DNA of 63,780 nt, counting the filler, from Caldilineae bacterium (GTDB taxonomy: Bacteria; Chloroflexota; Anaerolineae; DTLA01): the NCBI GenBank assembly GCA_037446815.1. It is 7 parts of 7 records of this genome, joined end to end, with 100 filler letters (N's around TTAATTAATTAA, not from the genome) between each part and the next. Parts side by side here need not be neighbours in the genome. Positions count along the whole stretch, not along the records: positions 55,664 to 63,780 come from JBBIHX010000133.1; 6 more parts are not named here. One strand, written 5' to 3'. A model generated the notes under the pieces. It was not told the DNA's origin and did not search any database. It worked only from the letters and a program-made list of their open reading frames with translations. Each line of letters begins with the position of its first letter. Within the stretch, counting starts at the first letter, position 1. Below, one piece after another: positions 55,664-63,780 of the stretch. The position numbers and the translations under genes were made by a program.

Positions 55664-57993
55664 TACGGCATCCAGAGGGTGTCCGCGGAGACCTTGATCC
55701 AGTACCCCACGCCCGGCTGGAACGTCGCCAGGCCGTTGGCCCATGCGGGCGCCCCGGGATTGTACCGCAGCCATCCGCCAGGAGTGGCCGGGTCGGCGGC
55801 ATACACCAACACCACCTTCCCCGCGATGGACGCCAACGCCTCGCTCACTGCCTTCGGGGACATGCGCGGGTACGCGACCAGGTTCCAGCCCGCGTACAGC
55901 GGCACAGCCCCCCCGGACGACAGCGCGCTGCCGCTCGTGTAGGTCAGCGTGCAGGGCGATGTAACCTCCACCCAGTAGCCGTGCACGCCGTCCACCACCG
56001 TCAGCGTATTCTCCGCCGGGTTGCCTCCCGGCACATAGTGGAGCCACGGCCCGCCGGGGGTCCGGGGATCGTAGGCATAGACCTGGGTATAGGAGCCATT
56101 GATGGACGCGAACGCCTCGGCGATGGGCACTGCCGTGGACAGATTGGAGAACGAGAGCAGGTTCCAGCCCGGCGCCAGCGGCTTCTCCAGCGTTACGCCC
56201 GACGGCCACAGCCCCACCGACGGATCGCCGTGCAGGTTGATTCCCATCAGGTTCTGCAGGTCGCCGGTAAACCAGACATACGACTGGGCGTAGAGCGCCT
56301 TGGTGTCGGCCAGCGCGGCCCCGGCCGTGTCGCGGTCGCTCACCAGATTCTGGCCGAAGAAGTAAGCCATGGTGGCGTTGCCGCCGTCGTAATAGGCGTC
56401 CCAGTACAAGTAGTACCAGGTCAGCGACGTGCCCGCAACGGTAACCACGGCGCCGCGCCTCAGCAGTTCCGAAGCCAGGTTGGTGTAGCCCACCTGGGCG
56501 TTCAGGCAGGAGTTCTGGAACACGATGGACGGCTTGGAATCATCCAGCCCCGACAGGTCGTCGTAGGTGATGAACGGCGTGTCGTAGGCGCCGTCACTGC
56601 CCCACAGCCGCCGATAAGCGCCGTAAGCGTTGCCGTGCCCCCACCAGGTAACCAGGCCGTACCCGCCCGCCCACGTGGACGTCATGCTGGACAGGGTCAG
56701 CGCCGCCTCGTGCGGGAGTGAAGTGGCCGGCGGATTCTCCTCGTACAGGCGATAGGAAGTGAACCCCGCCGCGTTCAGGTAGCGGTTGCGCATCTCCTCG
56801 CCCAGGTATCCGCCGTCGGTCTGGATCGCCACGCCGCTGGTGTACCCCTGTATCGCCATGGCCAGCAGGGCCTTGCGCCGCCAATTGCCGTCGGTCGTGG
56901 CGTACGTGATGGTCTTCTGCAGGATTGGCCCCACAACCGACTCGGTGTCAAAGGGAATGCGCCCCACCCACAGTTCGGCGGCAAAGTCGGGCGCGTCCTC
57001 GCCCCGTTCCCCGAAATACCCATCGCCATCGGCATCCCAGTTGCCCGTCAGGTCGGCGTAGTATGCATCCGTCGGCGTGGGCCAAGCGCCGTGGTCCGTC
57101 GGGCTTGGGTAGACCGTCTTCATCGGGATGGCGGACGCGCTCCCGATGATGAGCAGATAGCGCAGGTTCCACGGGCCATACCGGTTGATGAGGAAGTTGC
57201 GGATCTGGTCGGCGGGGTCGCCGGGAAAACTCGCCCAGTCCGACGGCGTGGCGATGTACACCGAGAACCCCAGGCTGGCCTTGTGCGCCGCGAAGTCCTG
57301 CACCGCCTGGGAGCCGGCCAAAGTGGCGCTGGTCAGGATGAGGTAGCCGTCGGCCGACTGGGCCACGGGACCGGTCTCGTACCATTCGCGGGCCTGCTCG
57401 GCGTTGGCGAGAGGCAGCGCCTCCAGGTCGCCGCGCCGCACCGGCAGGGACGGCCCCTCCGCGCGCACGTACCGCACGCTCACCGACACGCGCCGCGTCA
57501 GGGTCAGCGCGCCGGTGCGGGGATCGTAGCGGAACGGGAAGTAATGCAGCCGCGCGAACACAACGCCGCCCTGGGCGTGGGTGCCCTCCAGCAGCACAGG
57601 CGCATCGGGGAACGCATCGGTGAGGTCCAGTTGCACCATCTGCCCGTCGTCGGAGACCTGGGGCGGCACGCGCGCGAGGCGCCACCCTTCGCCCAGGGAC
57701 TCGGTCTGCGCCTCGCCGATAACCACGCCCACCGCCCGCGTTCCTGTCGGCAACGCCACGTCCACCACGCGCACGGGCAGCGCCGGATACCCGGGGATGA
57801 GGGCGGTCTGGAAGCCGTCCATGGCAAGGCGCACCGCGCCGTCGTCTTCGGGCAGCGCCTGATACGGGCCGCTCTCCAGGGTGAGGGCAACGGCGGAGCC
57901 GCCGGCGGCATCCTGCGCCAACGCAGGCGCAACCGGCGTCAAGACGAACGCAACGACGAGCACCAGCGAGACGACACGAATAAGGACGCGCAT
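55664..57993 (-). CDS. Secreted C25 (gingipain-like) cysteine peptidase with propeptide and two C-terminal repeats
   Basis: Signal peptide; PGYPALP propeptide; YLLIIG, TDAYYADL, VGRIP, WGHG (His), NSCLN (Cys), LHGDP; stop codon probably TA(N) at the contig edge; promoter TTGCAG-N17-TACAAT at 58025-58053. Confidence 0.88.
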
Positions 57994-58231
57994 CCTCTTC
58001 CCTCAAACGGTATTGTACGCCGTCATTGTACTTCGCGCGGAGCCCGCCTGCAATGGGAAATGCGTACCATACGCCCCGACTCGCTTCCAGACGGGCTTGG
58101 CGCGCCCCGCGCTGCCGTTTCCTGCGATGCTGAGCCGAAGGCAGCGCACCCGGGCAGGATTGCATCTGCAAATCCACAGGATAAAACGCGGCTCGCGCCC
58201 CGCAGGTACGTGCCCGTTCGCGAGCCCCGCC

Positions 58232-58382
58232 GATTCGGTTCCAAAGTCTGTTGGCACCTACTGTCATTCTGAGCGGCGAAGCCGCGAAGAATCTCGCTGA
58301 CCGAGATGCTTCGCCTTCGGCTCAGCATGACAGAGTGGGGAGGCGGCGCGCGGGACAGACCAACACAAAATGAAACCGACTC
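58232..58382. mobile_element. Short-form MITE (151 bp) with the alternative hairpin cargo
   Basis: GATTCGGTTCCAAAGTCTGTTGG...CCAACACAAAATGAAACCGACTC enclosing CTGTCATTCTGAGC...GCTCAGCATGACAG; no convincing TSD. Confidence 0.8.
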
Positions 58383-58456
58383 CACCCACCCCGCCCGCTT
58401 GGCCTTCGCCGCCGTTTCGGAGTATAATCACCCCGATACTCGCATCGGAGGATTGC

Positions 58457-59956
58457 ATGGCATCCCAGACCGTGCGCGTTCGTTTCGCGCCCAGCCCAAC
58501 CGGATACCTACACGCCGGCGGCGCACGCACCGCCCTGTTCAACTTCCTGTTCGCGCGCCATCACGGCGGCTCCTTCATCCTGCGCATTGAGGACACCGAC
58601 CGCACCCGCTACGAACCCGATGCCCTCGCCGACATCATGGACAGCCTCCGCTGGCTGGGCATCCTCTGGGACGAAGGTCCCGAGGTCGGCGGCCCCTACG
58701 GCCCCTACTTCCAGTCCGAGCGCCTGCACCTGTACAAGCACTACGCCGAAGAACTGGTGCGCATGGGCGCGGCCTATCGCTGCTACTGCTCGCCCGAACG
58801 CCTGGAAGCCATGCGCCAGGAGCAGGCCGCCCGCGGCGAACCGCCCGGCTACGACCGCCACTGCCGCCACCTCACCGCCAAGCAGATCGCCGACTACGAG
58901 GCCCAGGGCATCGTGCCCGTCATCCGTCTCGCGTCTCCGCTAGAGGGCGAAACGTCGTTCCACGACGTCATCCGCGGCACCATCACCGTGGACAACCGCA
59001 CGCTGGACGACATGGTGCTCCTGAAATCCGACGGCTTCCCCACCTATCACCTGGCCAATGTGGTGGACGACCACCTGATGGAGATCACCCATATCATGCG
59101 CGCCGACGAGTGGATTCCCTCCACCCCGCGCCACCAGATTCTCTACAAGGCGCTGGGCTGGACGCCGCCCGTCTACGCCCACCTGCCCGTCATCCTAGAC
59201 CCCAGCGGCAAGGGCAAGATGAGCAAACGCAAGAAACGCACCCCCGACGGGCGCGAGTTCCCCGTCCTTATCCGCGAGTTCCGCGCCGCCGGCTACCTGC
59301 CCGAGGCCATGTTCAACTTCCTGGCCCTCGTCGGCTGGTCCTACGACGACAAGACGGACATCCTCACGCCCGAGCAAATCATCGCGCGCTTTGACCTGCC
59401 CGCCATCAACGCCGCCCCCGCCGCGTTCAGTTATGACAAGTTGGAATGGATGAACGGCGTGTACATCCGCGCCCTGCCCGCGCCAGACCTGGCCCGGCGC
59501 ATCCAGCCCATCCTGGCCCAGGCCGGCCGCGCCGCGGACCTGCCCCTGCTGGAGCGCATCGTCCCGCTCATCCAGGAGCGCATCAAGACGCTGAACGACG
59601 CCGTGGAGATGACCGACTTCTTCTTCTCCGACCCGCAGGGCTACGACCCGCACCTGCTCATCGGCAAGAAGATGTCCGCCGAGTCCACCGTGGCGGCGCT
59701 CCGCCATGCGATTCAGGCGCTCCGCGCCGCAGAGTTTACCGAAACCGGCCTGGAAGAATCCTTGCGGGCCGCCGCCGAGTCCCTGGGCGTCAAGCCCGGC
59801 GACTTCTTCACGCCCATTCGCGTCGCCGTTACGGGCCGAACCGTCTCGCCGCCGCTGTTTGGCACCCTGGCCATCCTGGGCCGCGACTGCGTCCTGCGGC
59901 GGCTTCAGCACGCCCTGCGCCTGCTCTCCGAAGCAGGCATCGCCGTGTCCGACTAA
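58457..59956 (+). CDS. gltX: Glutamate--tRNA ligase
   Basis: RFAPSPTGYLHAGG, LRIEDTD, PTYHLANVVDD, KMSKR; promoter TTGGCC-N18-TATAAT at 58399-58428. Confidence 0.97.
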   Translation: MASQTVRVRFAPSPTGYLHAGGARTALFNFLFARHHGGSFILRIEDTDRTRYEPDALADIMDSLRWLGILWDEGPEVGGPYGPYFQSERLHLYKHYAEELVRMGAAYRCYCSPERLEAMRQEQAARGEPPGYDRHCRHLTAKQIADYEAQGIVPVIRLASPLEGETSFHDVIRGTITVDNRTLDDMVLLKSDGFPTYHLANVVDDHLMEITHIMRADEWIPSTPRHQILYKALGWTPPVYAHLPVILDPSGKGKMSKRKKRTPDGREFPVLIREFRAAGYLPEAMFNFLALVGWSYDDKTDILTPEQIIARFDLPAINAAPAAFSYDKLEWMNGVYIRALPAPDLARRIQPILAQAGRAADLPLLERIVPLIQERIKTLNDAVEMTDFFFSDPQGYDPHLLIGKKMSAESTVAALRHAIQALRAAEFTETGLEESLRAAAESLGVKPGDFFTPIRVAVTGRTVSPPLFGTLAILGRDCVLRRLQHALRLLSEAGIAVSD

Positions 59957-59975
59957 CTTCACGAAGGAGGTGGAC

Positions 59976-60398
59976 ATGCAACTGAGCCGACGAGCCGACT
60001 ACGGTATCCGACTGCTCCTGGAACTCGCGATGCTCCCCGAAGGGACACGCACATCCACCGAGGAAATCGCCAACAAGCAGCGGATTCCGGTTACGTTCCT
60101 GAGCAAGATCGCCCGGCAACTCGCCCAGGCCGGCCTAGTCCGCGCCTACCCCGGACTTGGCGGCGGGCTGGAACTCGGGCGCGCTCCGCACCAACTGACC
60201 ATGCTGGACGCCATCCAGGCGCTGGAGGGGCCGATCGCCATGGCGCGCTGCACCCTGTATCCGCACGAATGCCCGCGCAGCCATTACTGCCCCATGCACC
60301 AAGTCTGGAAGAAGATGGAAGCCAACATGCGCGCCGAACTATCCCAAATCACCTTTGACCAACTGGCGCGCTCCGAGCAGAAGGCCATCGCCGGCTAG
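59976..60398 (+). CDS. Rrf2-family transcriptional regulator (Fe-S ligating)
   Basis: ADYGIR, GLGGG.EL, C-x6-C-x5-C-x2-H. Confidence 0.92.
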   Translation: MQLSRRADYGIRLLLELAMLPEGTRTSTEEIANKQRIPVTFLSKIARQLAQAGLVRAYPGLGGGLELGRAPHQLTMLDAIQALEGPIAMARCTLYPHECPRSHYCPMHQVWKKMEANMRAELSQITFDQLARSEQKAIAG

Positions 60399-60458
60399 GC
60401 CCGCGTGTTCACGTCGGCGGCCAGACCGGCGCGCACGACAAGGGGACTGGAGGGAGAT

Positions 60459-61367
60459 ATGGCGCAATCCAAACCGACCATCGGGTTCATCGGCCTGGGC
60501 ATCATGGGCAAGCCCATGGCCCGCAACTTGATGCGCGCGGGGTATCCGCTGATCGTCTTCAACCGCAGCCGCGCCCCCATGGACGAACTGGCCGCAGAGG
60601 GCGCGGCGACGGGCGCATCCCCCGCCGACGTAGCCGCCCGCGCCGACATCATTATCCTCATGCTGCCCGACTCGCCCGACGTGGAACAGGTCGTCTTCGG
60701 CCCTGTGGGCGTCGCCGAGGGCATCCGCCCGGGCAGCATCCTCATAGACATGAGTTCCATCTCGCCCGTTACCGCCGTCAAGGTCGCCCAGGAACTGGGC
60801 AAGAAGGGCGTCAAGGTGCTGGATGCCCCTGTCAGCGGCGGGGACGTGGGCGCGCGCCAGGGGACGCTCTCCATCATGGTTGGCGGCCCCGAAGAGGTCT
60901 TCAACGAGGCCCTGCCCGTGTTCCAGGCCCTGGGCAAGAACATCGTCCTGTGCGGCGCGCACGGCGCGGGGCAGATTACGAAACTGTGCAACCAGATTCT
61001 CGTCGCGCTGCAACTGGAAGCCGTGGCCGAGGCGCTTGTGTTGGGGGCCAAGGCCGGTGTGGACCCGGCCAAGATCGTGCAGGTGCTCGGCGGCGGGCTG
61101 GCGCGGTGCGGCGTCCTGGAGACGCGCGGCATGCGCATCCTGAACCGCGACTTCGCGCCCGGATTCCGCGTGCGCCTGCACTACAAGGACCTCAACAACG
61201 CGCTGGCCGCCGCCAAAGCCTACGAGGTGCCCCTACCCGTTACCGCCCTGGTCGCCGAGATGTTCAAGCGGCTCAACGTGGCAGGCCGCGGCGACCTGGA
61301 CCATTCGGCCATCACCACGCTCTTGGAAGAATTGGCCGGAACCGTGGTGCAGAAGCGGGAAGAGTGA
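60459..61367 (+). CDS. 2-hydroxy-3-oxopropionate reductase / beta-hydroxyacid dehydrogenase
   Basis: GFIGLGIMGKPMA, DAPVSGG, GQITKLCNQ, F.PGF...LHYKDL. Confidence 0.9.
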   Translation: MAQSKPTIGFIGLGIMGKPMARNLMRAGYPLIVFNRSRAPMDELAAEGAATGASPADVAARADIIILMLPDSPDVEQVVFGPVGVAEGIRPGSILIDMSSISPVTAVKVAQELGKKGVKVLDAPVSGGDVGARQGTLSIMVGGPEEVFNEALPVFQALGKNIVLCGAHGAGQITKLCNQILVALQLEAVAEALVLGAKAGVDPAKIVQVLGGGLARCGVLETRGMRILNRDFAPGFRVRLHYKDLNNALAAAKAYEVPLPVTALVAEMFKRLNVAGRGDLDHSAITTLLEELAGTVVQKREE

Positions 61368-61380
61368 GGCGCGTCGGCCC

Positions 61381-61959
61381 ATGTACGTCCTGGCGTTCGC
61401 GGCCAGCCCCCGCCGTGGAGGGAACACGGACACCCTGTTGGAGCACGTCATCGCGGGCGCGCGCGCCGAGGGCGCCAACGTGGAGCGCATCGTCCTGGCC
61501 CAGTACCGCATCGCCCCATGCATAGAATGCAATGGCTGCTGGAAAGAGGGCGTCTGCATTGTCCAGGACGACTTTCAGCGCGTGTACCCCAAACTGGAAC
61601 TCGCCGAGCGCATCATCTTGGCCACGCCCATGTTCTTCGGCCACGTCTCGGCCCAGGCCAAGAGCCTCATAGACCGCTGCCAGTGCTTCTACGCCCGCAA
61701 GTACATCGTGCGGCGTCCCATGCCGCCCGTGCCGCACCCTCGCCGGGGCTATCTCGTCGCGGCGGCGGGCCACCCGCGCATCAAATTTGATTGCATGGGC
61801 CTGACCATGCGCGTGTGGATGGACGCGCTGGACGCCACTTACGGCGGCGCGCTGGCGTTCAACAATCTGGAAAACGCCGACGATGCCGCGTCCAACCCCG
61901 ACATCCTGGCGCAGGCCCGCCAATTCGGCAGGGACATCGTCCTGGCGCCCCTACCCTAA
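61381..61959 (+). CDS. Flavodoxin-family iron-sulfur flavoprotein
   Basis: ASPRRGGNT, CIECNGC...C, ATPMFF, IDRCQ. Confidence 0.9.
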   Translation: MYVLAFAASPRRGGNTDTLLEHVIAGARAEGANVERIVLAQYRIAPCIECNGCWKEGVCIVQDDFQRVYPKLELAERIILATPMFFGHVSAQAKSLIDRCQCFYARKYIVRRPMPPVPHPRRGYLVAAAGHPRIKFDCMGLTMRVWMDALDATYGGALAFNNLENADDAASNPDILAQARQFGRDIVLAPLP

Positions 61960-63539
61960 TTGGACGGCACGGCGAAAAACCAATCAAAATCCGCATTCAC
62001 GCCCGGGTCGTTCAAGTCCATGTTCCCGTTCCACGCCCCAAGCCCCACGCGAGGCGTCGTCATCGTCTCTGCCGACAGCGAATTGAAAAACGTCCAGTTT
62101 GTCCCATTGGCGCTGACGTAGGCCGTGTACTGCGCGTTGTGCCGCACCAGGCGCAGGTACATGACGGGGTACGGCGGGGCAGGCACCGTCGTCTCCTGGT
62201 AGTACGAGAAGTCATGCCCGGGCTTGCGCTTGGCCAGCACGAGCACCCGCGTCCCGTTCTCGTAGCGCACGGTCAGTTTCACGTAGTGGTTGGACTCCTG
62301 GTAGACCACGAGGCCCGCTTCGTGCTTGTTCCGCGCCGGCGTCCAGTCCAGCGCGGTGCGGATGTCAAAGTTCGGCGTCGGGAATTGCTGGAGCACGATG
62401 CTTCGCGCCGTGTCGTTGAAGTTCAGTTCGCCGATGTCGGTCTTGATGCGCAAGTAGCCCGGACGCTCGGTCAGGCTCCATTTGCTCATGGCGGGCCGCA
62501 GCCAGGACCAGCGCGCGTTGAGCGGCGGCCCCGAGAAGTGATCGTACTTGTCAAACGGCTGAATCGCCAGCGTATACGGCTGGGTAAGGCTAGACCCGCC
62601 GTGCCCGTACACGTGGAACACGTAGTATCCCGACTCGTTGACCACGTACCAGCCCTCTTCCGCGCCTGCGCCTTCGTGATCAATGGACGCCACCGACTCG
62701 CCGCTGGGATTGAAGATCTCCAGGCCCAGGTCCAGCGTGGGATGGTACAAGGTTAGGGTTACGAACTTGGTGTCGTCAATCCACACGCCGTAGAAATCCT
62801 CGTCGGTTTGCGTGCAAATGTAGGCATCGGCAATGTTGATGGGCACGCCCATGAAAGCGGCGGCCGTGTCATACGAATCGTTCGGCTCGTATGGGTCGTT
62901 GCACGGGATGGGCGTGGGCGTGCGGGTGCGGGTCGGCGTGCGCGTGGGCGTAACGGTGGCCGTGGGCGTGGCGGTGGCCGTATGCTCCGGCGTGGGCGTG
63001 TGGGCCAGCGCCGCGAAGTCCAGGATGCGCACCGAGTAGCCGTAGTAGTGCCGCCACTGCGCCTGCGGCGGGTTGAACGTGTACCCGTCCTTCTCGGGCC
63101 AGATGGTTACTGTCTCATCCCCCGGAATGGGCTGGAACGGCGACTGGTAGAATCCGCTGGCGTCGGTCGTGGCGACGGGCGTGGCCGGGTACGACGCGAA
63201 CCGCCGATAGATGGTAACGCCCGCCAACCCGGGCCCCGATTCATCGTTCAGCCGCACATACCCCTGCACCACCAGGCCGGGGCCTTGCGTCGGCGTGGGG
63301 GTAGCCGTGCGCGTGCCCGCGGATGTGGCCGTTGGGGTAGCCGTCGGCGTGCGCGTAGGCGTCCTGCTCGCCGTGGGCGTAGCCGTGGCGGAAGCGGTGC
63401 CCCTGCTCCCGACCGCCACGCACGGCAGATACACCCGCGGCGTTGGAGACGCGCCTGCGGATGCCGAAGCCCAGACGCCAGCAGCCACCACGCCCATGGC
63501 GACTGCCAGCACCCCAAAGATAAGCGCATGTTTCCTCAC
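61956..63539 (-). CDS. Secreted multidomain protein (Pro/Thr linkers, PPC-like domain, concanavalin/GH43_C-like domain)
   Basis: Signal peptide, VYLPC motif, DPYEPNDS...DEDFY, WSLTERPGYLRI, YLRLVR...YVSANG.NW. Confidence 0.75.
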   Translation of the reverse strand: MRKHALIFGVLAVAMGVVAAGVWASASAGASPTPRVYLPCVAVGSRGTASATATPTASRTPTRTPTATPTATSAGTRTATPTPTQGPGLVVQGYVRLNDESGPGLAGVTIYRRFASYPATPVATTDASGFYQSPFQPIPGDETVTIWPEKDGYTFNPPQAQWRHYYGYSVRILDFAALAHTPTPEHTATATPTATVTPTRTPTRTRTPTPIPCNDPYEPNDSYDTAAAFMGVPINIADAYICTQTDEDFYGVWIDDTKFVTLTLYHPTLDLGLEIFNPSGESVASIDHEGAGAEEGWYVVNESGYYVFHVYGHGGSSLTQPYTLAIQPFDKYDHFSGPPLNARWSWLRPAMSKWSLTERPGYLRIKTDIGELNFNDTARSIVLQQFPTPNFDIRTALDWTPARNKHEAGLVVYQESNHYVKLTVRYENGTRVLVLAKRKPGHDFSYYQETTVPAPPYPVMYLRLVRHNAQYTAYVSANGTNWTFFNSLSAETMTTPRVGLGAWNGNMDLNDPGVNADFDWFFAVPSN

Positions 63540-63660
63540 GGCGATCCCTCCTCCCCAGCGGCCGACCGAGGCCGCGCGTCCACGGTCTCAAACCATTCTA
63601 CTGGACATTAGGGAGGCGGGGCAATGGGAAAAAAGGCCTGTTACAGAGCCCCAAAACCCG

Positions 63661-63780
63661 GATTCGGTTCCAAAGTCTGTTGGTATTTGTCATTGCGAGG
63701 GCGCGGAGCGCCCGAAGCAATCGCCGGGGCGTGAGGTTGCTTCGCTTCGCTCGCAACGACACACGAGGAGAGTGCCCTTG
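63661..63780. mobile_element. MITE, right end cut off by window edge
   Basis: GATTCGGTTCCAAAGTCTGTTGGTATTTGTCATTGCGAGG..., near-identical to 28043-28192. Confidence 0.8.

Noticed and set aside
58224..58390. Target-site duplication around the 58232-58382 MITE
   Set aside because: Flanks GCCCCGCC and CACCCACC match at only 5 of 8 positions in C-rich sequence; not counted as evidence
1..63780. CRISPR array, integron cassette array or diversity-generating retroelement
   Set aside because: Repeats are dispersed, not regularly spaced with unique spacers; no cas, integrase or reverse transcriptase gene; no TR/VR pair noticed

Overview
High-GC bacterial DNA, most likely Chloroflexota (Anaerolineae-like; inferred from gene content). 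The window is not one locus. It is seven contigs of about 9 kb in descending size order, joined by artificial N-TTAATTAATTAA-N linkers, so adjacency across linkers carries no information. Content: an orphan OmpR-type regulator, a ~2,200-aa Ig-repeat surface protein and a TPR protein; an ArsR/Fe-S/USP/ArsC/triple-thioredoxin-CcdA cluster followed by a UGA-recoded UshA-like selenoprotein (CxU motif plus SECIS-like hairpin) and yqeB; the tuf-rpmG-tRNA-Trp-secE-nusG-rplKAJL cluster with L1 and L10 leaders; split glutamine-dependent NAD synthetase, a degenerate Lgt and a sugar-phosphate nucleotidyltransferase/PMM fusion; an ECF sigma, a histidine kinase, glycosyltransferases and three GH-A-clan hydrolases; HtrA, DedA, ChrA and two NifB/NifX-like proteins; a PASTA pseudokinase, tsaE-tsaB-rimI, a C25 protease and gltX. 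Two signals stand out. (1) A family of non-autonomous elements with ~23-bp imperfect terminal inverted repeats and 8-bp target duplications. They carry interchangeable REP-like hairpin cargo, and in about seven cases end 14-16 bp upstream of a sigma70 -35 box, like promoter-targeting Mutator-type transposons. (2) A membrane-anchored selenoprotein gene split in two by the ORF caller, sitting between an extracytoplasmic thiol-redox module and yqeB.
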